A DNA stretch of 62,153 nt, filler included. It is 13 parts of 13 records of this genome, joined end to end, with 100 filler letters (N's around TTAATTAATTAA, not from the genome) between each part and the next. Parts side by side here need not be neighbours in the genome. Positions count along the whole stretch, not along the records: positions 8,089 to 11,668 come from SRR7504441_15446; positions 11,769 to 16,055 come from SRR7504441_15450; positions 16,156 to 23,839 come from SRR7504441_15453; 10 more parts are not named here. The stretch is one strand, 5' to 3'. Numbering within the stretch: the stretch's first letter is position 1; each line of letters starts with the position of its first letter. A program made the position numbers and the translations under genes. Positions 11,001 to 21,300 of the stretch are shown here, in pieces. Under the pieces are notes generated by a model. The model did no database searches. It was not told the DNA's origin and saw nothing but the letters and a program-made list of their open reading frames with translations.

Positions 11001-11520
11001 CAGCATGCCATTGGTGGTGGAGGAGCTTGAGGACGCGCTCATGCGCAGTGAGTCTGTGGTCCAAGGTGCTGCCGGCTGCTGCTGGCCAAATCTTGGCTGC
11101 AGGGCTCGGTCTCGAGCTGGAGCAAGTCAAGAGCGAGCACAAGTCCAAGCTGCAGTCGATATACGGAGCACTCGAGGAGATGGAGGGCAAGTACCTGCAT
11201 GAGGTCGAGCAAAACTCGCAGATGAATCAACAGCTGCAGGCTTACCAATCCGGCGGCGCAGAGGCTGCCCAAGGTCAGTGCTGGCCAAGCCGTGCCCATG
11301 CCAAACTCGCTGGTGCAGTAGATAGTAAGTGCGCAGAGTTGCTTCAATTTCGTGAGACTGTCGAGAGGAAGATAGCAGAGACAGAGGACGCCTTGCAGGT
11401 GTGGCTTGCCGCGCAACAGAAGACGTGACTAGTTGGCTACAGAGCCGAGATGCGCAATTCTTGGCAGAGCTCCAGTCTTTCCACGAACTTCGAGCTCAAA
11501 TCGAGGCCAAACAATCATAA
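8089..11520 (+). CDS. EF-hand (calcineurin-B/NCS-like) + long coiled-coil protein with a C-terminal EF/p25-alpha-like region (5' partial, about 6 introns)
   Basis: EF loops DRDSNGLLDFRE, DANGSGRISPQE and DTNRSGLITFLE. An intron at about 8429-8477 leads into the 780-aa coiled-coil ORF; later QMDLTEFIHWARDYGI...LKSIFNEAN. Further GT-AG introns lead to TAA at 11518-11520. Confidence 0.75.
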
Positions 11521-11768
11521 AAACACACAATCGCGACGACGTAGAAGTTATATCATTTATTCCGCATTGATTGGTAAGTACTGTATAATTATAAGCTTCT
11601 TGAATTAAAAGATACGGTAACCATGATTATATAATCGCATCAAATTCCTTTATTCGCTATACAGTTGGNNNNNNNNNNNNNNNNNNNNNNNNNNNNNNNN
11701 NNNNNNNNNNNNTTAATTAATTAANNNNNNNNNNNNNNNNNNNNNNNNNNNNNNNNNNNNNNNNNNNN

Positions 11769-13953
11769 GACGAGGACGAGGAGGAGGAGGAGGTGCCGTT
11801 GTGCGTGGAGGGAGCGAGCAGCAATATCAAGGGCCGGGCCAATCCTTTTGCCCACCCGGATGCTGTGCTGTCGCTAGGGGACGACGACGAGGATGAGGAG
11901 GACGACGAAGATGGGTTCCCGCTGTGTGTGGAGGCCGCAAGCAGCGAGATCAAGGGTCGGATCAATCCTTACAGCAAGCAGGGCGGCGACCAGCCTGAGC
12001 TTGCGGGGCTAATGGAGCAGATGAAGCTGCCAGCAGACTCCGACCTGCTCAGTCTGGAGGACATGGACGAGGAGGAGCAGGACAGTTTTGATCAGGCTTT
12101 CAAGCCGGGCTCTCCCAGAGCATTCGATCTCAAGTCTCAGCTGCACCAGGCCACTCAATCACAGCGCGAGCAGGCGCAGCAACAGGAGCTGGTCAAAGAG
12201 CTCAGCCGCAGCCCGACCTCGCCCATTGCACTCGAGCCGGAGCCCGAGCAGGCGCCGGATAAGCTTGTGATACACGGACTGCCAAGCTGGGAAGACGTGA
12301 AGGAGCAACTGGAGGTCGGAGAGCTCCGGCGGGCGCGGGCGCACTGGGAGTTTGTAGGGTGCGGGCTGCATCAACCGGGCGTGCTGGCGGAGCTCGGAAA
12401 GGAGCTGGAGCAGCGTGGTCAAGTCCACCAGCTCTCGATAGAGTTTGGGATGCTGACTGCCGAGGCGCTCCCTGCTGGCTGGTTGCTGGGCACGGGCATC
12501 CGGAGTGTTAACCTCACTGGGAATGACCTCGGTGACCGGGGCGCATTGGCACTGGCCGACACGCTGCGTGAGGCCCAGTGGAGTCATCTGGACATCTCAA
12601 ACTGCGCCATTGAGCCAGTGGGCGCGCGAGCAATCATCGCGGCCGCAGGCGCGAGGGCCGAATGGGTTCTAGTATCCCTTGCTCTGGACGACAACCCGAT
12701 TGGAGACGCTGGTGCCGACGCATTGGCGCACGCACTCTCGTGTCCGAATTGCAGGTTTGAGACGGTTGGGATGGCCAACTGCCGGATTGGGGACGTCGGC
12801 GTCAAGCAGCTGTGCGCCACGCTAGCTTTAGCCAAGGCTCCTCTAAAGCTGCTCGACCTGCAGTGCAATGGCGTAACGGCCGAGGCGCGCGCCATGATGA
12901 AGGTACCGGCGCCACTCGCGCCCGGCTTCTGACTGGGCTGCAGGGAGTGCAGATGGTCAAGCCGGAGCTGGCGCTCCGCCGGCCGGCCATTGCCGCTCCG
13001 GGCAAGCCTGCCCACGCTGCCTGGCGATGCTGGGCCGCCCCGAGCTCACACCGCTTGCCCGACGATTTGTGGCCCGGGCCTCCGCCGCCCACTGCTCTGC
13101 AGCTGCCTGCAGCTGGCCAGAGCCCGACAGATCTGAGCCAGCTCGAGGTGGAACTTGTCTGGGCGGCGCAGCATGCTCACCAGCAGGACTTGCTCCGACT
13201 TGTGGTGCCGGTCCGCTCGCGAGCCCTGGCAGTGTCTGAGCTGAGATGCAGGTGGTCGAGACTAGGATAGAGCTCGAGCATTGTAACGAACTCACACTGG
13301 GCGAGTCTGACGAGACCCACCCAGTTGCAGCCGCGCTCTCGAGTGCAGTCGGGTACGCTGTGGCAATACTGGTCACAAAGCCAGCGGGAGAGCCGCTGGA
13401 ATCCACGTTCGGGCCTGTGCCGTTTCGAGTGGGCAGCACGCGGCTAGCCGCGCTGGACGCGTTAGTGGCAGTAGCAAGCTTGAAGTGTCCAGACTTGGAC
13501 CGCGTGCTTGCTAACACGAAGGCGCCTGTGCATGCGATGAGGCTGATGTACTGGAATCTGTGGAGCAATTTGGTGCACGTTGCTGTCCAAAAGCTGTTGC
13601 GCTGCTGCCTGACCAGCCAATGCACTGAGCTGGTCCGTACAGCGCTCCTGCCGGTAATCCCGCGGTCGATTGCTCACGCATATCATGTTTTAAATGAGAA
13701 GGGCAAGCCGCTGCACTCTCTGTGTGGCTGCAGCAGCCACATTGTAGCAATATCCAAGCTGCTGCTGGCTGCTGAGGAGCGACTAGAGCTTGCTCCTCAC
13801 GCACCCCAGCTTGCCATCTGGGGGGAGTTTGTGGAGAAGCATCTGCCAGGCCTGGCGCAAGTTGTAGAGGACACCACCCCATGTGGCGGAATGCCCAGAG
13901 GCTTGGAGCACATGGCATCTTTCGAAGATTGGGCCAGTGGCACACTCTCGTAG
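11769..13953 (+). CDS. Acidic repeat + RNI-like leucine-rich repeat + SAPS (SIT4/PP6-associated)-like C-terminal domain protein (5' partial)
   Basis: LRRs: VNLTGNDLGDRGALALADTL, LDISNCAIEPVGA, LALDDNPIGDAGADALA, MANCRIGDVGV. Introns at about 12903 and 13205 join three ORFs. The C-terminus RVGSTRLAALDALVA...WSNLVHVAVQ...GCSSHIVAISK...WGEFVEKHL resembles SAPS motifs. Confidence 0.68.
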
Positions 13954-14310
13954 CGCGATCTAGTTTGAGTCTTCATTGCGCTCTTTGGTTAATTTAATGG
14001 ACAAGCGTCCATCCTTCCTGCTTGTCTACGCACAAGCTCACAAGATCTGGCTGAATTGATTTGACATGCTCATCCGCACACCCCGTGCATTCATGTATGA
14101 ATTGATGAGTAGGGACCCTAGACTACATCATGGCATGGATGACATGCCGGCATGGGATGATTCAGATTGGGCGATGTGTCAATAAAAGATGAGCTTATGA
14201 TCATAATGAAATCAAACTTATGTCTTCGTGAACAAAAATTGTGAACTGACACTGAGCAGGCACCGGATGCAGGCTACCTGGTAGATTCAAACCGCCAACG
14301 CGGACTGACT

Positions 14311-15862
14311 ATGGTGCGGCTTTGCGCGGACCGGGGGCTTTGAGCGAGCTCGGGGGGACAGGCTTCGGCGGCGGAGCTCACAGCGCTTGTGTGCGACGAG
14401 GGACGCCCGGTGCACCCCTGGTCGGGCCTGGGCCGACTGTCGGGCTGAAGGTCACCTTCGACTTCCTTCGGCGGACACGGGCCATCTCCTCTCAAACGGC
14501 TCAGAGGTGGGCGCTCGTCGCGGCCCCGGGCCTGAATGGTGGTCGGGCAGTCAACTGGCCGAGTTTGCCACCGAGCACGCCGAGCTCAAGCCGCTCTACC
14601 TGCTCAGCGGGTTGAGCAAGACCTCCGGTGGCTCACGGCACCGCCGGATATGCCTGGTGCCCGCCGACGGTCTGGCCGGTGCCGCGCAGCCTGAGCCGCC
14701 GCGTTGAGCTTGTTCACAGCTGCCAAAGGGGCACTGGAGCAAGTGACGTCGGAGCATGTCTACTGGTTCCCCGCCCCCAGGCACGGTGGCGGACTGGCGG
14801 GCAGCGTGCAGCGGGAGATCCCGGCCGATATCACCCAGATCGCGGTGCGCAGTGCGCTGGACCTGGAGTCCGGCGCGGGGACAGACGAAATCGGGTGCCC
14901 ACTCGAGTCTGGCCGCCTCTACTGAGACGGTGGCAGGGGGAGTGGCATCAAACTGAAAAAGCCATTCGGGGTTCGGTCCAAGGCCGGGGTACGTGATGTG
15001 CCGAGGTGCCCCGACTGGCCGCGCCCCGCGGACTGCGGGGCAGTGCTCCTGCTGCTGTACCGTCTAAGCAGGCCGGAGCCAGCAACGCGAGCAAGCCTGC
15101 AGCTACAGGCTTCTTTGGGAAGAAGGTCTCGATGCGGTCGCCTCGGCTCTGACTGTTCGGTTGCAGAAGACAAACTCAGTCATGGGCATGTTCAGCAAGG
15201 CGAGCAATGCTGCCAAGGAGAAGTCGACAGGCGACGACGACGACGATTTCCAGCTGAAACACAAGAAAAAAGGGAAGAAGAAGCGCGGTGCGTGTTCCGA
15301 AGCGCTGCGTGGGCTGAGCGGATCACTGGCAGTGGCCCTCAGCGACGGCGAGGGCGATTCATCCGACGAGGGCGAGAAGCAGTTTGACGAGGAGGCCGCG
15401 CTGGAGGCGGCTCTTCTGGAGGAGCAAGCAAGAGAGGCGGCCGCGCAGGAGGAGCAGCCGGAGGAGTCGGCACAGCCTGAGCCCGAGCCGGAGAAGGAGC
15501 CCGAAGCTAAGCAGAGCACGCTCCAACCGACCCAGGGTGGCAAGCGCAAGAAGCGGCGGCAAGTGGAGAAGACTTACATGCAGGGCAAGTACACGGGTGA
15601 CCATTAATAGGTTGGGTGCTCTGACTGTGCTGGGGCAGTCACCGAGATGGTATGGGAGGAATATACCGACGATGAAGCCGACCAGGCCGCACCGGAGCCC
15701 GCAGAAAAGAAGGCCAAATCGGATGCGCCGGTCTTCGGTCAAGCTGCCGGTGGGCAGCCGGCCAAGAAAAAGCCGAGTGTTGCGGCCAAGCCGACGGGGG
15801 CGGCCAAAAAGAAGGCCCCGATGAAGCAAGGCGGGCTGATGAGCTTCTTCAAGAAGAAATGA
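14311..15862 (+). CDS. POLD3: DNA polymerase delta subunit 3 (Cdc27/p66); about 10 micro-introns, first coding exon is the ATG only
   Basis: Spliced N-terminus MASAAELTALVCDEGRPVTFDFLRR...LYLLSG...SEHVY. C-terminus KRKKRRQVEKTYMQGKYT|VTEMVWEE and terminal PCNA PIP box MKQGGLMSFFKKK*. Confidence 0.9.
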
Positions 15863-16400
15863 TGCGGATGCACGACAATGGCTGCTGGACGGTATACGTA
15901 CATGTACGCGTTTGTTTCGGTCTCGCGCTCTGTGCAGTGATTTGTTAGTTAACGCTGCGATTACTTGGAATACTTGCTATACATAGGCCTTTCAATTGGG
16001 AATACATACTGATCCAAACGACTTATCTATCCCTTAGAGCCAGCAGGTCGGATATNNNNNNNNNNNNNNNNNNNNNNNNNNNNNNNNNNNNNNNNNNNNT
16101 TAATTAATTAANNNNNNNNNNNNNNNNNNNNNNNNNNNNNNNNNNNNNNNNNNNNAAGAACCCCGAATTCGGGTGTGCGGTGCAAACCAGCTATACCGGC
16201 GTGTGGCCCGAGCTCCGTACGCGACCTTTCCGTCCGAGTTTGCCATTAGAGCAGGCCTGTAGTGATTCCGATAGCCAGGTCCGGCGGTCCGAGACCGTTG
16301 AAAACACGAGCGGGGACCTGGCCTGCAGGGCAGTGGGTGGCGAGCGCGTGGCGCTGAGGTCGGGCTCGTGTGTGGTTTGGATCGGCGCGGCAGGCCCGGG

Positions 16401-17648
16401 ATGCAGTCGCTACGCTCCGGCCCGTTCAGCCGACGGGTTCGCCCAGGCCGCCGAGTGGCGGGAGCGGTGGGCAGGTGTTCGACAACGACCCTATGATCGA
16501 GGTGCTGGTCACCGACGAGGCCCAGGGCGATTGCATGTGCCGCCCGGCCCGTGCCGGCTGATCTGGCCCGCAGGTACGTGAGCATTGTCCGCGCGCTGAC
16601 CTGTACCGAGCCGTGCGACGAGCCGCAGCCGAGCATCGATTCGCTGAGGGCCGCGGTGGCGGTGGCGGCCACGCACGACATGCTGCAGCAGTACCAGCAA
16701 GATCGGCTCAACGGACTCACCCACACCGACTTCATGGAGCGGGTCGAGTCGCTGGTGCGGCCCGGTCGTTGGGCCCGGCCGAGCAGGGGCAGGCTGACCT
16801 GCAGCAGTGCATCCGAGAGCGGCGGGCGGTGTGGGGCGACTCGCATTCGCTGTCTTCGGTGGCCTCGGCGCATCGGCTGGTATTTCTGCTCTGGTCCGAA
16901 CCTCTAGTTCCGCTGCAGCGGTCAGTCGCGCCATGAGTTGGGCTAATCGGCCGGTCCAGCTTCAATGCCGGATATCCGTTTGTGGCCATCCCGCCGCCTC
17001 CGCTGGTAGCTGGAGACAATAGCTTGCGCTACGTGCTGCTGCAGCATACCCGGTGCGGGCTGCTGGGCTGCCAGACTGAGCTGGGCTTGCAGGCGGGAGC
17101 ACTACAACCTGATCCGATACAACGGCAAGGGCATCTTCCTGTACCGAGAACTCCCATCCATTGTCAAGCAGCGCTGGTGGCCCGCCCGGCCGATCCGGAC
17201 TCAGGCTCGCCGGCAGGTCGCACGTGTGGACCTTGGACGGCCGACCCGTGGTTAGGCCAGAGGTAGCCTGGCCTGGCCTGCTGGTACCGAGCTGGGCCAG
17301 GCGTTCGCAAGGCCGCAAAAACCAATCAGACCAAGGTCAACCCCGGCACAGGTGCTCTGTCTACATGACTTGGCTTGAGCCGGCTGTGCTGCAGAGCTGT
17401 GGTCGTTTCAAGCACCATCCCAACTGCCAGTGCCACAGGAAGCACAGCTTAGCTCTTGATAGCGCTAGAGCGGAAGAAGCTCCTAGGCCTGCCAAGAAGC
17501 CCAAGATCCACATCACGTACAAAGCCAAGTCGCCTGCCAAGGTAATAGCCGCTCTGCCTCACCAATTCACTGTGCTGTGTAGGCTTGTGGTCGCATGCAT
17601 CATCATCCTACTTGCCAATGCCACATAAAACACCGGTTGAACCTGTGA
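16401..17648 (+). CDS. OTU-like cysteine protease (deubiquitinase) with two C-terminal Cys/His repeats; about 9 introns
   Basis: Spliced motifs EAQGDCMYVSIVRAL (catalytic Cys), VWGDSHSL and REHYNLIRYNGKGIFLYRELP (catalytic His). C-terminal CGRFKHHPNCQCH and CGRMHHHPTCQCH. TGA at 17646-17648. Confidence 0.75.
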
Positions 17649-18309
17649 TCGTTGATACGTAGACCTTGTTGCAAACTGATACTTAAAATGTTTGTTTTTG
17701 AATTTCAGGGTTCATGTATTTTTGCGGGATAACTGTCAAGTTGGGGTTTGTCACTCTTAATTGATGCGCGCCAGCGGTGACACTTGCAGCAACAGACAAG
17801 CCACGCCGGCGCATGGCCGGCGTTATTAAAAACGGACCGCAACAGAGACTGAGTCGGATGTCCAGACCGACGGACAATTAACAAACAACTTTCTACACCG
17901 CTTTACAAAACATGATATCATCGATTATCGATTGTTGATTATCAATAATCACTAAATAATCACTAGAACCTAATTAAGGAAATAGATGATATCAAAGGAA
18001 GTATCAATCATTAGGTGCTCTAGCTATCTACAATTACAACACGTGTGGTGACCTGATCAGATCACCATGAGACCAGCCGAGCTGGCAATGCACGATTCAA
18101 AAGCATTCTCAAATCAAGTTGGTCGATCTAAGCGTTGCTCAAGCGGATTCACAACCGTCGCCTAGAAAGCGCGGATAAAAATGTTAGCTACGATTTTCGC
18201 TTCTCAAGGACCCGCCAAGCTTGCAAGCACGCTTGTTTAGGTCCACACACGATAGCTGTCTTCCAATCAATGCCGCGGCGGCTTCGTTCAATGAGGCAAT
18301 GATTCCAAT

Positions 18310-21300
18310 ATGAGTGGCGAGGAGGCGGGGGCAACGCCAGCTGCCCCATCAGAGGAACCAGCGGCAGGTCTGCCTCCCCCCCACCACATTCAGATCCCGC
18401 CGCCCCCCCCCTCCCCCGAGAGCTGATTTCGGAACAGGTCCAGAGGCCCCGGCCGTGGCTGCGCCCCGCCCGGCACACGTTGCCCTTCAGGCCGACCGCC
18501 TCGAACGTACCAAGGCGCTCACCGCAGAAGTTGCGCACGTCTATGCCTTCTGTCGAAGCTTTAGGTCCCGCTCGCCCGCCTCTAGAGCCCGACTGAGCCG
18601 TGGTGCAGCTGCATCCTGCGACTATCGCCCTTCGGGCTCAAGGACGTCAGCGCTGCGATCGCACTCGAGCGGCCGTGTGCCCTGCTGGATGAGATCCACG
18701 TGGCCATGATCCGGATGGTGCTCGCTGAAGCCGCCATCTCCCCACAGTCGGTCCCCTGGGGGAAGGTGGACGGAGGCAACCTCGACTCGGTGACCTGGCC
18801 AGAGATTCTGCGCAGATACCTGGTGGCTCGTCACGGAGATATCAACGACGAGTTCCAGGAACCGATCGTGGCAGCCGCGACTGCTTTGGACAAGTTTGAG
18901 TACTACACTCTGCCTCATGCAACGAAGGTACTGCTGCTGGAGGTGCTCATCGACGATATTGTTACGTCCTCTGTCGGTCGAAGTGAAATGGAGACACGTG
19001 CGGTAGACCTTGAATACGAGAAGGATGACGAGAACGATGTCTGCGAGGTTTGTGGCGATGGCGGTAACTTGATCTGCTGTGACTCCTGCCCCAGAACTTT
19101 CCACTGCAAGTGCATTGGGCAGCGAGAGAGCCAATTGCCAGAGGAATGGCACTGCCCAGAATGCGCGTTCAGCTGGGGGGAGATCCAAGATCAAATTCGG
19201 GTTGAGACTCTAGCTGTGGGCAAGCGCGGAGTGCATATCTGGATGGTTGACAGCTATGTTGTTCACAATGATCCTGTCAGTGGATCGAATCGGCCGCAAT
19301 TCAAACATTGTGAGACAACCGAGTCCATTGAACAAGTAAAGCAGCACTTGCGCCCAGCTCAGCTGCGCAATAGGCACATTTCACAGGTGCTTCAGCAGCC
19401 TATTCCAGATGGTTGGAAGGAGGCTGCTCTGTACATCAATCATTACCGTAATGCACCAAGCAAGCACTACTATCTTGGTGCCTTGTCGGGAAGAAATCTT
19501 CCAGCAGCACTCTGCATCAAGCAAAGGCCTGCTGATTGGACCAGTGACGGCAGCAACTACTCCTTTCGATCACATCTGGGCACAGTGATTGGGCAAATTC
19601 TTCACATTGGTCGATTGACCAGCGGATTGTTAGAAGGTCAATGGTCTAGTGATCCAACTTGGCACAGTCGGTGGATCGGCAGAGTGCGTGAAGCCTGCTG
19701 CATCCAGGATGCCAAGGGTCCTTTGATTGAACTTGAGGCTGCTATGCGTTGGATCTCTGGGTGCGTTATTGGTGAAGGCTGGTGCAACAAGTCAACTTGC
19801 GATGCCTTGGGTGATGATTTGCGTGTTAAGAAAGCCAAGCGCATCCCACCCAAGCCCAGCAAACAGAAAAAGGCCAAAGGAAGCAAAGCTCTCAAGCAGT
19901 CCTCCACAGCCAAGGCTGAAATAGAATCATTTGATGATGAAACAAAATTAGATGACGCAGAGAAGCAGGCCATTATTCTCCAGATGGATCCAGCATGGAA
20001 CCGGAAGGGCCATGAATGGCTTGGTTTGCCTCTGATGCGTGCAGAGTACACCAATGACAAAGTCTTTGCTGGCTATGTCACAGGTGAAGCAATTGGATGG
20101 CTGCCTGCTGAGCAAGCAGACTTCATCTCTGAGAAGACAGGACAGCCAGCTGGCCTTTGGAAAGTGCTGTACAGGACTGGTACCCTTAAAGGCGAAGTTG
20201 AGGATCTAGAGGAGCATGAGATGACCGAGTCGTTCAAACTGATAGAGGCTCATATCCTACGCAAATCTAGGCAGAGCAAGCCATATTGGATCTGTGCCCC
20301 AGGAGGCAAGCCAATAGAGCCAGAGATATGCCTGTCGCAGTTCTGCATGGAAAATGACTTGTCCAAGGCATGCATGTCCAATGTTGCCCTGGGGCGAACA
20401 AAGAACTACAAAGGGTGGACCTGCCGCTACATTGAATTCGATGTTTACTCAGGACCTGCTCACAAGCAAGAACTCGGTGCTGCAACTGAGCAGCAAACGC
20501 CAGTCACGAGCGTAGTAGTGAGTGGGGCAGAAAGGGACAAGAAGTCTGAAACCGTAGAGAATGAAAATCTTGCCACTCCAAGCCAACAGGCAGCGCCAGA
20601 GCAAACTGCGCTTCCTGGAAGTGCTGGAACACCTGTTGCAAAGCAGGAGGAAGACCAGCTAGACGAACAGGCTGCAACAGCAGCCCTAGCACAGCCTGTG
20701 ACTAACAGTTCTGCGCCTGATCAGTCACAGGCTGCAACTAAGTCCTCGAAAACCAAAGCTGGATCAACAGGCACCAGGAGAGCCACCACAAGAAACAGTG
20801 CCACACCACTTGAGCTTGAAGAGGTCAAGGCTGCTGAGCCTTCTGTTCCAGAACCACCTGTGGAGGAGAAGGTATATCACGTGACAGTCAAATATCATGA
20901 TGCTGACCATGTTCCGTTCTGGCTGAGTGGACAGCTGCGGAAGTTAAAAGAACCTGACTTAGCGCTTGAGCTTCATCAAAAGTTCTGCACAACGCATGGC
21001 AGTGACATTACACCTGTCGTTTTTATAGATTGTCATGGGGACCTTGCATTTGTTCAAAAATCTCAGGACTGCAGGGGTCGAGGGCTACTGATTGATCAGG
21101 ATGGAGATAGCCATGAGTTTCGGCACCAGCCATTTACAGAGGCAGGTGTCGAGGCAGTTCAAAAGGCAGGCCCGCTGCGGCGTAAACCGATTTTCATGAG
21201 TGGGAGACTAGTGGGCAAACTCCCAAACAGCATGTTGCGCCGGCGAGATCTGCGGAAAGCTGCTAGAAAAGCTGGTGTGAAACACATCCCAGGTGTGTTG

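Noticed and set aside
14095-14260. Possible C/D-box snoRNA (TGATGA ... CTGA)
   Set aside because: Box spacing is poor, there is no terminal stem or recognisable rRNA guide, and such motifs are expected by chance in AT-rich DNA.
17803-17823. GC hairpin ACGCCGGC-gcatg-GCCGGCGT as part of an ncRNA
   Set aside because: No tRNA, snRNA, SRP or snoRNA hallmarks are recognisable nearby; a single hairpin is not enough.
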